Positions 1-15,200 of a stretch of DNA of 64,000 nucleotides are shown piece by piece. The position numbers were made by a program, and so were the translations under genes. How positions within the stretch are numbered: position 1 is the stretch's first letter; each line of letters starts with the position of its first letter. The notes under the pieces are model-generated. The model made no database searches. It worked only from the letters and a program-made list of their open reading frames with translations, and was not told the origin of the DNA. This DNA comes from Phoronis australis (lineage: Eukaryota; Animalia; Phoronida). Where the stretch lies: positions 807,348 through 871,347 of the forward strand of contig NMRA01000019.1 in NCBI GenBank assembly GCA_002633005.1, in the 5' to 3' direction.

Positions 1-282
1 AATACTAAGGACACAAATGAATTAGACATGATGATTCTGTCACTGTTATCTTGAATTATTTTTAGTTTGCGTGAACACGACTTAATAATATACGTATGAA
101 ATTAGGTTTCATTTGAGACAAATGGGTTTGGTTAATAAACATGCAGTTTGCCATTACATACTAAATGTTTTTAAGATAGTTTAACGTAAATGACATCCAA
201 TATTTATTTAGATTTGTGCTTGGGAACTTAATGTGTTTAGTGCAAAGATCAGTCATTGTCTTTTCCTTGTTTTGCATTGCAG

Positions 283-3200
283 AACTGTCCAAAGAGTCAA
301 CAGATGTAGAAATCACCAGTGTAAAGCCAATGGTGAATAACAGAGGGTGCGTTACTTCATACCTTTAGTGTAGGGAGTTTACTTTCAGGTCTGATAGCTG
401 TCTTAATAAGAGTTTGGTATTTTGGGGATGAAGTAGTTTTTCTGTCACTTAAGTTTTTAGTCATGAAGCTCGCCACATATGTTCAATTGGCATATTCTGT
501 TACTTGATCAGTGACCGTTTTTGACCAACCAGAACTCGAATTCCCCTCTTACAAAAATTGAATGCAAATCTTGGTAAGTAGCGTAATTGACAATACTGAT
601 TAACAACATTCATGAAAATTATCTTAGTGTCTTTATTTCCGTGTCATGTACAACCATCAGATTAGTTGGTTTTCATACACAACAAAATGCTTTGCCTATT
701 CTTTATTGAACTATTTGGCTCCACCATTTTGCATTGTTAAGTGCAAGCTGTTACACAAGATCAACTGTCTCATAACATATTTGTTGTGCATTACTGAATC
801 AGCCTCTGTTTCATCTCTGTTTCATCTCTCCCTTCTTACAGTGAAATGATTTATAAAGTTAACTACTTCTTGAAAGTGAACGGTAAACGAGTGGATGCCA
901 GCATCACGTACCCGCTAGACAATAAACATGTCAATCAACAAATACAGCTCAATGGACACAACATTCAACTAGGTAAGATAAACCCAAAGTGGGAAAAACA
1001 TTACAAAGTCTATTCTGTTCCCCTTAAATGCTAATAAACAAGTTGCGATTGATGACATCCTGTAATGACCAGAAAGAGAATGTATTGGAATTTGCCCATG
1101 TGTTTGCAATGGCATATTACAAAAAGTTGCAATCTGAGTGATTTTGATCAAATTTACATGTCTTAAGTATTTGAAAAAAGACCACGAAGAATAGAATAAA
1201 AGTATGGAATTAATTCCAGGCGTTATGACTGGTGAACAGGTGTTTACTTCAAACAGTGGTACGTCATGCTTTCTTGACTTTCTCAAAAAATTTCGTTGAC
1301 ATCCTGTTGCATCATTATACCTATGGACTGTTATTGCTCTTTTTTGCAGCTAATTAATTAATTAATTAATTAATTCCTGCCGTAGGGTAGATGTGGGTAA
1401 TGCTGTTTTGACAGAAGGATGCATGATCTTTGTCATCGCTGAAGAAACAATCCTGTGGTCTGGTAACATGTCCTGTTTTCTCTTTGTCTAGTGGACTCAG
1501 TTGTCAAGCCATCTGACTACCATGATGAGTCATCTCTCTACAAGTTGGTGCTGGATAAGCAGCTAACCTCTGAACAGGTGGAGAAATTGAAGACTTCTCT
1601 GAAAAAGGCCGTGGAGGCCAAATATCCAAGACTAGGGAAAGTGAAAATCACTACACTCCCTCAGCAGGAGTACACTACATCTGATGGGTGGGTACACGGT
1701 TATTCTAACTTGTATTTATCAAAAACACTTATGGCAAGCACTTTACAGTTAGTATGGAAATTGAGGGCAAAATTAAATTTTCTTGATTTTGAAGATTAAG
1801 ACATGGGCGATTTAGGTGTTCATATTTTTTCAAATATCGTACTCTGCATTTTGTATCAGCAGAGTACGAAAATTGAATTAGCAGATCATAAAATCGTTGG
1901 AAAAAACCATGCGTTCCTGTAGTATGTAACATTGAGGTGGTGCGATTGTTTGTTGTTTATCCTAATTCTTCAATTTCAGCTGGCCAATATTGCTCGTTTC
2001 TAAATTCGGTACAAGCTCCAACCTTGGGCAAAATTATTAGTTTTACTTTTCACTGTCCCAAACTGGATAAATTTTACTGTAATTTATATTTCACGTGCTC
2101 TAAAATTCTTCCCTTTGACACTTAAGCACTCAAGGGTTGACTTCCCAGTTTCTCTGTCTCATAAGCCGACTCACTGCCAATTTAAATGGATAAGGAATGC
2201 ATACTACGATGAAAAAACAAGGCAAAATAATTCATTGCCATGTGGCATCAAACCTGTGAATGTGTTAACCTTTTATTAACTACCTTTTGATAGCTTTAAG
2301 CGCATGAGGATTCTAGACTATTACTGGCATTGGTTACCTCCATTTGCAGAGGTTTTATATAAACCCAGGGACTCTGTCTGAATATAAATGCAATAAATCT
2401 GGTGTTTCATGATATTGAGTACCATCTGAAGTGTCAGTTGAACACAAGGTTGGGCACAGTTAACACTATCATTTATGTGTTAATTTTTCTGAAATTTTTG
2501 CATTTGACATTGAAATTAAAATCCTGTGTAGGTGCATCCATCAGCTTAATTGTAGTTTTCTGAGTTTTGTAAGATGTAATTTATGATTTGTATTTTTCCA
2601 GTAAAACCGTTCACAAGTTACTCTACAAGGTCACCTCCGACGTGACCTCTGTGACCCCGAACCTTATTCCGCCGTTGTCGCCTAAGACCGTTACGGAGTA
2701 CATGAAAAAAGAGATGCCGTCTTTTGAGATGAACGTTCTCTCCCCTGACACCGTGCTCTATCCGGCCCTGTCAAAGAAGCATTTCTCACTGTTTATGAAG
2801 AACAAGGTGTCACCCAGTGAATATACTAAACTGGAGAGTGACATCAAGAATACCATCACAAAATTCATGCCAGGTAAATAACATGATATGATGTAACAGT
2901 GGGATATTACTGGTCATTAATAGTGTGACTGCATTCATATTATCACAAGTTTGCAAGCATTTGAAAGTCTGGTCTGCACGCCTCCTGTTGGCCACATCAC
3001 CTGACCTGATGAATATACTGCAAGTCTGAGCTTTATGCCGCGACGGGGACTCGAAACCGAGACCATGTAAACACCCTAGGCCACTGAGCCATCGGGACCA
3101 CAGAAATCCAATCAGACTTAGAAGTGGGCAGCCCACCCATAAAATCCCAAGTGTATGCTCATTTTATCACAAATTATTATCGGCAAGTAAATATTAAACG

Positions 3201-6200
3201 TGATCTGATTTGATATAACAGTTACTGATTTTGTTGAGATGAGGAATGCCATTACTAAGCTTATACCACATGCACACTGTGATACTTTTAAGAGGATGGC
3301 AAGATTTTGATGGGGATTGTGATGATGTCACAGTTAATCATTGCAATGCCAGCCTTTAAACTGCATTATGTGGTTCATTCATCTCTGCTTTGTTGTTGAC
3401 TTTCAGAGTTAAAAGGCAAAAACGTGAAGATCACCATCAAGGGTCAAGAGGAATACCTTGATAAAAACGGGTCAGTGAATAGAAGTCCTAAATTTTTTAT
3501 TATTAGTAAATTAGCGCGCCTCTCTTGTGACATCTTATTTTCGCTGTCTGTTTACATCACTAAACTGTAGAAAACTGTATGCTTGGACTTTGAAATAGCT
3601 GAATAAACTGGCGTGTAAACATTCACCAAAGAATGTCCTCGTACTGCATCATACAGCATGTGACACGGAAGACAACTGCGTCAATTTACAACAAAACAAT
3701 GGTGGGCAGGCAGATGCAGCCTTGATGGGTTCGCTAAAGAACATCATTTTTAGACAACGGGCACTTTTGAGAGTGGCACGTGGTAATCATTTGGATGCTC
3801 TTGGTGGCAATGATATCGAGCCACAGTTAGATCTTGTCATAACTTAGATAATTACTCTATCCAACTTTTTAGTGCCTAGAATATCTAAAATAACTTCCAA
3901 GAGCCATATATATTAAGTTATTTTTACCAGTTTCATAGTTCCATAACTTGTAATTGGTGCCATCTACAAACTTCTACTCACTGTTGTCTGCTTATTCCAG
4001 CAACAAGCGTTCTCGTCTGTACTACACAGTTGACGCCGATGGTAAACAGCTGGATGCCATTAACTCCCCGCAATACTTCAAGTATTTTTCGGAAAATCTG
4101 TCACCATCTGGTGCTTACCTGATCGCCCCGGGCAACCAATTGGACTTCAGGGCCAAGAGAGACCAGTTTGCCACCTTCGTTGGACCTCAGGTGTCACCAA
4201 AGGATATTCCGAAATTCGAGAAGGCAATTAAAGATGCTTGGCTGAAATTTAAGCCTGGTAAATGCACTCTTGGTTACACTTATCCTTGACATCTGGTTAC
4301 TAATGAATGTAAAGGGGCTGAAAACCAGTGAGTTCTGTTAAAAAGAAAGTTTTGATATAGGACGCTCACTGTTATATAATCTGTCTCCTCTTGTTCCTCA
4401 CGTAGATTATAATTTTTTCTTGACTTGAGAAGACCTTGCAGGTTTTTATTACTTCAAAACAGGCCCATTGAGTTCCTTGTCAGCTATGGTAGGTTAGTTT
4501 CAGTCGCCAAGTCGGTTTGACCAACAGGGAATTAATTTTAACTATTCAAAACAAAGAATAGGAATGCTATGACGTAGCTTTAGAAGAGTGACTATGAAGA
4601 AAATTGGATCTTTTAATCTGGTTTTTGGTGGGTTTAGATATTAGCATATCACGGGATAATCGACGTTAAGCCATGACCAAATTTTTCATTTCTTTTTCTG
4701 TCCTTCTATTGGCCGTCTCGGTGTGATCGAGTCTGGTTGGGTATTGAATTGACTGTGGATTCTTCTGTCATTGCTTTATAGAAAAGCCAATCAAATTGTG
4801 AGGGGTGATTTATGGTTGTATTATCTATTATTGCTTAAAATTTCTTTGTAGAACTTAAGAACAGGAACATCTCTGTTGAAGTAAACAGCGTTAAGAAATA
4901 TTTGGACTCAAATGGGTATGTATTTTGACATTGGAAAACGTTTTACACAGTTGAACTGGTTTTATATTGCTCATTCTGCACCAACATGATATAAAATGTT
5001 TCTGATTTTGTCTTCGCATGCATTTTAATTATAGTCTGGAGTTAGAAATCAGTACATCGCTTGGCTAGTTGTAATGTGAACAGCTAACTAGTTAGGTGTT
5101 ACTCCAAAGCAGTTTTGGTGGTATCCAGGTCAACACATGACCCAGCAATGCAAGTCCATAACAGTTACTTAAGGGGAAGCAAGATGTTTTGTAAAATTAA
5201 TTTGTTGTTTTCTCCAGAAAAGAGCGTTGGAAGCTATCTTACTATGTCATGGATAATGGCAAGGTAGTCTCACGCATTAGCCTACCCAAACTGCCGCAGC
5301 AGTACATTGCGCAGCAGGTAACCTTCACTAACCAGTACGGATTGCAGTTCCGCGTACATGATGTCAGCAATGTCGTAGACTATGACGAACACCAGGTGGC
5401 TCTGTTCAAGAAGCACATTCTTCCCAATGATGTGCCGGTCGTAGAACAAGCCCTTACTGAAGCATGGTCCCAGAAACATCCGAGTAAGTAAAAACGTATT
5501 GAATATGGAATTGAGGTTTATGTAATTGCTAATTCTATACATATTTTGGTCGTTTTCATTGTCTACGATGTCAAAAATAGCCATAAAGAATGAAAATATT
5601 GCACTGTACAGGTGTCATATAATAAGGTTTGTGTTATATTTGGGACATTAGTCTTTTATTAAAAACCTGAGTCACAGTGTTTTTGATGTGCATAATATGT
5701 AATTCATTTCGTGTATTCTTGTTGCTTTTAGATCTCAAACACCTGAATGTGAAAATCGCTAGACAAGATGAAGTCTTGACTGAAAATGGGTAATCAACTT
5801 TGACATTTCTGCATTTCTAGTTGTTGTATGCAGTAATACTTGTACCATATACACAATACTGAATATGTGGAGAAGTCTGCTGCACTAAAACACCAACTTA
5901 TGAAGAAGGACCCGCTTTCGAAGAAAACCCGTAGTTTCAGCAAAACCTTGTGAGCATGTCTAACCTTTGAACATGTCTAACCATTGCGTATAAAGTAACG
6001 TAGATCGACAACAATACACAGGCTTTGGTGGTGTTTGCATTACAATGTTGTTGGTTCGATATATTTGTGGGAATTGTTATACTGACTTGAATATTGGCTT
6101 CAACTCCTGCCTTTTGTTTTTTCATCAGTGACACCTTGTGGAAGGCCACGTACTTTGTCTACAGTGGCAACTACATTGCCAAGAAGTCATCACTGAGTAA

Positions 6201-9200
6201 AGTCGACGATGAATTTATCCGGAGCAAACTGAAGGTGCCACTCAACGATACAACGTGTAACATGAATTGGGACAGCTATTTCGTGTCTAATGTGACAACT
6301 TATCCGTATGATCAGCATTTTGCTTTGAACACACAAGCTCGTCTACAGGTGTCGCTCTGGCCAAAGATTGCCAAAGCACTACAGATGGCCCACCAAGCAA
6401 CCATGCCAGGTTGGTGATATCAGTTTAAAATGGTTACAAAGATAACAGAACCACCTGTTCTAATTGTGCTTCATTAATTTGTCATGGAGACACATCATTG
6501 GCTTTGCCATTTTTTGTTGACAATAAACTTTGTAGTTGTTAGAAGGTGCTGATTTTTATCGTGATGTTAATTAGTCTAGATACTTACTTGATAACATTCA
6601 TTTTGGTGTCACCGTAACTTCATCTGAGACTGCACATTGGATGGCACACAAAATTACTACTTGATTTCAAATGGCTGCAAGACGTGACAGTCCTTAGATA
6701 CCATGAGTGACAGTCCTTAGATACCATGAGTATAGTGATGGCAAGCACTAAAGACATGAAAACCACTAGACAAGTTTGGCTGAACCAGAACGTTTTCATG
6801 TTGATATTTGCCTAGCTTGTTATCGTATTTTCAGGCATCTTTTTTTCTTTGTTGCAGGTGTAACTCTCAAAATTGTCACGGATGAGTTATACGCTGAAGG
6901 GTAAGTCGGATTGAACTGAACTTTCAAAACATGTATAAAAGTGTTGTGCAGATGCCACTTAGAGCAATCAATTGTCGCCTTTTGCATCGATATACTGTTT
7001 TAGATGTCTGTTTAGATATCAGACAAGTGAGTGGTTGCGGTCAGCAATTATTGCTGTCAAAGCTTTATGTAGTGACTGCTTAAAGAATTTCTTTTACGAC
7101 ATGGGTACAATATGTGTTTTTTGTGCAACTAGTGAAGTGGCCTAATATTAATTGTATTATAGACCAAGTAAATTGCATCGATTACTTAGATTTTGCAGTA
7201 ATTGCGTTTCTGCCCCCATAGCTTATTTGGTCTAGTTTGAAGTTTGAAATGTTTTACCTGGACCTTGTTTTTATATGCATTTAAATAAATAGTCTGATGA
7301 CATCTGATAATAATAATGTTGGCGATTGCTTCTGCTGCGCTTCTTTTTAAAGTGCCAATCAACATAATACCTCAGAGTATGCCACTGTACAGTTTTCCTG
7401 TCCTGTTTTCAACTCAGATGACGTCTAAGACTTATAGCTCTTTATAACTGGAGTTCCATCCTCTCTTACCCTTGGCTTAATTTTTTCCGTTTCAGCTAGT
7501 AGTGGAAGCAAATTTTAGTACTTTGTTGTCAGCACGTTACTTGATTGAAGATATTGCTCCAACTTGTTTGTGAACAATATGACGGTCCCACAGCGACGCT
7601 TGAATCTCAAGGAATTTTCCCACAATGCTCCAACATCCGTCAATCAGGTCTCTGGCCTTTTTGCGACACTTGAATTTTGCATGCTATTTGTTGGTGCCTG
7701 GACTACATGATCTGTATTCGACCTTCCAATGCTAGTGGTGTTTTACTGCTTTGCTATGAGCTGCAACTCTGGTGGCAGAAAGTTGGGTAAACTTGGGAAG
7801 TATTCATGGTTGCGATATTTTTCAACACGATTCCTAGAATCAGCCCGACATTTCTAAAACAAGGCCAGTGTAACAGCTCATTTTCCTTCCTCCAAGACAA
7901 AGGAGATTAATTTTCGGAACCATCCTATTGTAGTGGTTGTTCTTTGCAACAATGAGAGTTATCGGGTAACTTTTGAAAGTGATACAAGGATTTTTGTTTA
8001 CTGCCTGTCACATTTAATGTGTTGAAGATTGGTTAATTGTTATTCTTCATGCGTTACAGGCAGAAACTTCTCTACCGGCTTATCTACTTTGTGATGGACA
8101 AAAAAGGTCAACTGCTCAACCCCTACATGTACAAGCCACTGAATCTCTCGATGTTGCAAACTGAATTGACAAAAGAGGGCATTAACGTGCAGCCTCTGCA
8201 TGGTAACTCCACCAACATGCGTTATCATCAACATGTGGCCATATTCACTAATTTGAAGGTTACTAAAGCTGATTATGTTAAGTTTGCCGGAGCTCTGAGG
8301 AATCACTGGACTGAAGACATGGGAAATGGTGAGTGTTTGTGTCTTGTTGAGTGTTTTTAAGATTGATTTAAGTACACTCTTTAAAGTATCTTGAACAATT
8401 GTACTGTAAGCATGATGAGCAGAGATTTTGGCCAACTCGCATTAGTCGCATGTGTACACCTGGCATTCCAACTCTTCTGTGTCGAGTCGTATTGCCCAAA
8501 ATGCCTCAGCAGCATCATATCATGAAAAATCGCCTCGACACTAATTATTGTCCAGGTCGTATGACCTTGGAGCTGTGTGTGTGTGAGCTGAATTTTGGAA
8601 TTACTTATGTTGCTAACATTGACCTGGTAGTTTCTATACTGCAGAGGGTTGAAACGACTGCTTGATAATTTAGTTGGGAGACATTTCGTTTGCTCGGGTT
8701 GATTTAATTCTTTCCCTTGTAAATAATCAGAGAGACTTTTTGTCTACCAGTATTCTACATACCACTTGGTTCTAGATGCCGTGGTCTCTTGATGATTTTT
8801 CACATCACATTTATTGCAAACTTACAGAGGGGGATTTCAAGTTCTCGTTCATGTCTCAGGAAGAACATGTCACCAGCAAAGGGTAAGGAATGTTAACTAT
8901 GCCGTTTCATTAATATTTAATAACTACCTAAAGCTGATTTTTTAATATAATTGCAAGGTGTTTATTGAGTAAAGGCTATTGAAGTATAATATCTAGAATA
9001 AACACAAAACTTCACATGCTTTGGTGTTCACTCGCCGCCGTCATGAGATATTGGTGAAGTCATTGAACGCACTTATTGACTCCACTACGTTCACCATCAG
9101 TTTCAATATTTTGGTTGTTAACAATGTGTAATACTAAGTTCTGCAATATGTTTCGAGTCATTTAGTAAGTATTTTGAATTTAAGATTGGTTTACGGGTCG

Positions 9201-12200
9201 GTAGTTACTCATAGAGGTCAGTAAATATTTTTAGTGACATTATCTTGGCAATACTTTGAATGGATTATCAAATCTGGAACATCCAACTAGACTTTGAGGT
9301 CATGTGACAAATCTAGCTTATGGGGAGTTATTTTGTGTAATTTAAGATTGTGTGTGTTCTAGGGAGACCCTGTACAAGTTTCCGTTCGTAGTATTCGAAA
9401 ATGACCGGCCACTGGACGGTCGGCGGCAACAAGTGCCTGACATTCCTCGTCTCCAAGCCCGCATCAACGCCCTCTCTGGTCTTGAACAGACCTATGCTAT
9501 CACTCCGTGGGAGAAACTATGTGACACGACAGTTACTAATGTGGCCAATTCTCACACGGTGGTGCTGGAGTCCAAACTGGAGGGCGCACAATTAAACCAA
9601 CTATCGAAGGTATTGAAGGACTACTGGCTGCTTGTTTATCCAGGTAGGGCACTGTCAGGCTAAACACAGAGGTCAGTCTTATGCTCATGAATTTACAATG
9701 CAGTTGCCTTAGCCAAAATTCCTAGTTTGTTAAACCGTTTTGTTGCTGAAGAGTTGGTGCCATCTATGTGATCAACATTAAATTTTTAATTTTATTTTAG
9801 GGACTTTGCATGAATGGTAAATGAACAAGTTGACTTATTTTTATATCCCCAACACAACAAAGTATTGCAGGAGTGGAACATCTTATTAATTTACCAACTT
9901 TCAAGTTTTATTATATCATGCATTTGTGATAGTAAGAAGCAGGACAAATTTTATTTTTCGGAAAATGACATTATTTTCACCCCTGCAAACTGATGTAAAA
10001 ATTGTGTCTCTGAAAGTAGGCCATGAGCCTGTATTTGAGGGGGACCTGTTAGCCAAAGTAACTGTTGGCATGTAATAACTTGCTGTGTTCTAACCTTGAG
10101 TAAACATTGCCTATGCTCGCGTGAGTGCTCAACCCTTGAAAGTTACTAATCAAGTGCTCACTGTTTGGCTAGGTGCCAACCCTCTACTTTTGAGAAGTTT
10201 TAATTAATCAGCCATTGCTTGGACTAGGGCTCAACAGTAATTTGGTTCATGGAATTAATTTTCGAATACAGAAACCAGATCAGTTTCCAGTCGCAGTTTA
10301 ATTACATCTAGATGTTGTTGCTTGTGACACTCTGTTAGAGTGTATTCTGCCGTACATTGAACATGACCAAGTCTGTAGTCAGCCACAGTATATCGTTCTA
10401 TACTACAACAAATTTATTTTTCAAAAGAACCATTTCAGCCCTGTTTACCTCTGAAGCTGAAACTGGTGTCGTGACACTTTGTTGGCTACCCTAATATGTA
10501 ACTCATATTCAGTATTATGGAACCAAATTCATTTTTTCGAAGAAAATTGTTTAATACACGTTAAGCATTTCTCACGTAGGCGCATGCACCTAAGTTTACA
10601 GGTACAGGTGGGCGTTCTTTGTACATAGCTTACTGTGGATGCAGGAATCCGCATTGTCCTCCTCTAATAAGGGCTTCTTCTTGCCCATGCGAAATGCTCT
10701 TGCTCAACTTTGACTTCGCGTTTACTAGGACGTAACTCAGATAAGACTCACTTGTAGGAGTAACCGGCAGCAGTCTAGTTCAGTGGCTTATTGTAACAGT
10801 TGCAAAATGAATTTGAAAATGCTGCGACTTGAGTTGTAGTAAAAGGCCTAATTAAATGTTTGTTTTTTGCCAGCTAAACGGGGTGAATGCAGCTTTAAAT
10901 AATAACTGTTTAACAATACTATGTGTTTTTTAATTAGATTATTGTTGTTCCAGATTTGAAGAACTGTAGCTGTCTTGAGATTGACATGAAGAATGTTCAG
11001 AGTGGAAAGGATGTCAAAGGGTTGGTAGAGCCTTATTGAGTTTTATGTTAAAAAATTGGGGTCAGAAGGTCAAATTGGGTTCAGGATGTCAAATTTTGCT
11101 CAAATATTTTCTCAGTTGCCAGTTGAAGAAAACTGAAATATGTGTTAGTCATTTTTTGTTCATTTTTGTAAAAATGTGGTTTTTGCTGCTGAGTCAACTG
11201 TTTAATTGATTTAGTTGTATTCTTGTGTACAGTTACTTTAAGTTATGTAGTATTTATTAAAGACTGTGTAATAACTTCGGAGAATCCACTGCTTTTCAAG
11301 TGGGCCCAAAACATAAAATTAAAATTCAAAGTAAGAAGTATAATTAAATTACCGAGAGTATTAAAATAAATAAAGTTCTATATACAATTATGTAAATAAG
11401 TTCAAAAGTTATCACATTTACTGATTACTAATGGGGCTATTCGGAGAATTCTCCTCGGGGTGTCGCTGTTGTACTAGTGGTGATTGAATTGCGCATGCGT
11501 GGCTATCTGCATGTAAACAACTGGTAAAAGATGGAATTTTTATCAAAATACGTCGTCGCGCTAAGCCTTATTACTGCTAATTTCCGTGGTGCAAGTCTTC
11601 GACAGGTGGCCACAAATTCCCAAAAGACCTAAGGTTACTATATTTGTGGACAATTGCGGTCAACAGGGTCAATTAACTGACAAAAAGTGTGTGGATGCTG
11701 AAGCCCCGTGTGTGTTCTATGACTATGCAGTTCCCGGCATTCGGAGACTACACAACATTACTTGGTAAGTTTTAGCAATCAGTTTCTATCAACATTGTTC
11801 GGTGATGTTGTACCCACCAGTTACCCCACTGAATAACAGGTTTGTTGAGTGGAACTAAGTGTTTCTTTTTGGAAACTCACCCGATGCCGGGTAGGCTAGC
11901 AGCACATATTCATATTGTCCTGGGTGGGAGTGCTCCCAAAATAAGAGGTGTGTGGTACGTGATGCACAGAAGTCAATAGTGACTTTTTCACAGCAGTTTC
12001 CCTTCAAAGCTATGCTGTTTCCAATAAAATTCTCTAGATGAGTGAGTTTCCTTATTTTATCATGGACCCCACCCCCAGGACCACCAGCTCAGTTATCAAA
12101 TTAACATGAATAAGCCTCAATTCAGTAAATGTCCTAACATTGCATTGGAAAAAATTGCTTGTTGAGATCAGAAGCACATTTTAAGTGTCATGAAAAATAC

Positions 12201-15200
12201 ATATTGTTAAATCACTTTTAGCCAGTTTCACATATTTTAATTCAGATATTAAATAAGACTTGGGTACAAAGGTTATTAGTTTCTACACATAAACATGAAG
12301 ATGAAATGTCAAGTATGTTCTGCCTTACAAAAGTAGTTTTGTCTTGTCTTTTCTTTTACAATTTCCTAATATTTCTATTCTGTTACAGGCGAGAAAAAAC
12401 AACTGAAACCAACCGCCTGACCATCTATTTCACCGTTGGACAAAGTGAAAAGCAATCCTTCAGCAATAACCTGAGAGAATTGAATGTAATTCAGAAATTC
12501 ATCACCTGATATGCCTGATTATGGACTCCCTCGCAATGTTGTTTCTTTCTGTGCTTTTTCAGTTTGCCATTTGTTTTAAATACATTGATAATTGTTTATT
12601 CTCGAATCTTGTGCATAGCAGATTCTTATCCAGCTAGCTACAATTGAAAACATACAATAAGACAATCGATGCAGTCACTGAATGTCATTTCCCCATAATC
12701 TGTACCAAATCGAAAAGTTTTTACCAATAGTATAAAGCCTTTCTTCTGAAAGGAAAATTTAATGTCACTCAGCTTTTGGCTTTCATTTCACTGGGTTCTA
12801 GTTTCAATGGCCTATAGAAGCGCATCAAGCGCTTGTAAAAAAGGTCCAGTTTCAACACGTGGCTTTCTTTCATGTAACCTCGTTCAACCTCAATAACATC
12901 CACAATTAGACCCTTGAAGGTAAACACAGCAGCATATGACTTGAATCGTTTTGAGCCCAAAACAGACTCTGAACTAGACCAGAGTGTGACTAGGTCTTCT
13001 TTAGCTTCAGTCCCTCATGTTTCTTCCAGAAAGGAAATAAGCTATTGTCCACACATGACTCATTGCCTATGAAAGGGCATCCTCACCAACAAGGCTTATT
13101 TGCGTAGCAGTCAGATATAGTTCGTCTGGATACACAGACAGTCCACTGGCACATTGTCTTATGGTAACTTAGTACTGCGATTCACATTTCTCCAGGGCCA
13201 CTGACTTGCACATTGTGCCATGCAGCACTGCTGGTGTGTGGCAGTGCTGTGGGAAGAGTACGGAGTAACAAAGCTTGTCTATGATACAGCTTGAAGTGGC
13301 CTTAAAACGTCACTGAACCTGGAACAAATATTGAAATATGAATAATTAAGTACTCCAGATTGGATCAAAAATGATGTTATCCCTGTTTTTCAAAAATGTA
13401 TGGCGATTGGTCTACAGTTTCACATAAAAGTAAATAATTACTATTTTCAGAAACCAAGGGTGTATATAATGAGTATTGCATAAAACTGTGTCTTTATTTT
13501 TTATCCCTAGCCATAACAATTCTTTAAACGCATCACTTGTCTGTAAAATATACAAGTTTTTTGAGACAACTTCAAACCTTTGTTACCCATTTTCAAGCCT
13601 TTTTAATTTTGATACTTTCAGCAATTTTAAACTCAGATTACACGTTCATGGGTCTGTCAAGCATACTTCTAGCCTAAGGTTGAGGGAACCGTTTTTCTTC
13701 TAATAGAAGATATGAAGACTTGGGTCATTCATTTAAAAATGATGGATAATCTTTCTGTTGTTTAAGAGTATTTACAAATCGTAAGGCACCATCAAAAATG
13801 CAATTTTCACAAAAATGGCAGTCACTTGAATTTATAACCACTTGCAACATTTCAAGGCATGAGTTAAGACTATTCAGTCATTTTGAATTCGGAAAATGTA
13901 ATATATTTTCGTGGTTTTACAATTGATACAAGTAGCAAAACAGTTTCATGAAATCAACTTGAAGGGACTTCGTGAAGGTTAAGAATTACCTCACCATGCT
14001 CTTTTCCCCAAACATGTATTACCTGTTATTTCCACACATTCAGTTGTACCAAATATTACAACCCCCCATGCCAATCCCCCCTCAGAGGACCTGAATAAGT
14101 AATTTAACAAAATGACTTTAAAAATAGCTGTTCCTTTTCAAAGGCTTTGTTCGTTGTCTCCAATATTGAAAGTAGGCTTTGACAACAGATCTGCACTGGA
14201 TGGGAAGATCTTGTTGGTTATCTGCAGTCAAATGCTAAAAACCAATTTTTGTCCGTTCAGGGACGATGCAGAAGCGATGCATATCTCCTCTGCACGGTAC
14301 AAGCCTTCAAACCTAAAAACCAAAGGTTACGCGAAAACTGACGTGATAGATTTCCATTTCAACGTGTAATAGATTTCCAGAAGACATATGATAGGGAGTA
14401 AACAAATACTAGTCTAATGCAATGGATATTTATCACTCACGTACCCTTTGCCATTGGGATTGGATTGTAATCTTAACTCATTAAGCTGTATCGAGTTGAC
14501 AGCATAAATACTCAGCATTGATTGATGTAACTGTCACTGATAAACTTTTAGAAATCATTCCAAACAATAATAATGCTTTGATGTACGAAAAAACCCCGAT
14601 TGCTACGTCAAGTATCGTATCACATATCACAACATACAAAGATTAACCAGACTCTGGCTGGCGACTGACTGCCGCGAAGTCGACATCGGCGAGCGCCTCA
14701 GTTAACAGGCATTGGTAGAATAATCATGGAATAATCGTTAAAATAATCACAAACCTTACCTTTGTATGAGGTCGTGCTTACTTCCTCTCATAGAAACACC
14801 CTTTTTACGCAATCTCAGATTTAGTTGGCACGGTTGCAAGCCATTTCACCATGTATTTAAAGGGCTCGCGAAATCGAGGCTGCTAATCTATCACCACTAG
14901 TACACGCACGCCCTCTAGTTATGGTAGATTTTCCGAATAGCCCCATTCATTAGTACACACCATTCACTATTTTTCATCTTTTTCCCAGAAAACCTCTCTA
15001 CCGCTACCTGTACTCACTCAAGGTCAATAACCGGGACATTGGCAAGGCAGGTTACCATTCCCTAAACACCAGGGACTTCACCATGTTCCTTAAGACTGTG
15101 TACCCTGACTGGAAGGTCAATGTGCGCTCGGCCAGTGATTTCAAGACTAACAAGGGCTTCCCGTTCACGTTCACTATTTCGAGTCAGACGCGCATCCGTG

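Larger units (their letters stand above)
11433..14944. mobile_element. ISL2EU-like (PIF/Harbinger-related) DNA transposon, non-autonomous and decayed
   Basis: Perfect 13-bp TIRs GGGGCTATTCGGA (11433) and TCCGAATAGCCCC (ends 14944), each flanked by AT (11431-32 and 14945-46). It contains a YqaJ remnant; an AT TSD plus a YqaJ ORF are established ISL2EU traits. Confidence 0.8.

Noticed and set aside
3030-3097. tRNA gene
   Set aside because: A and B boxes are present but there is no intact anticodon arm or acceptor stem; this fits a SINE head.
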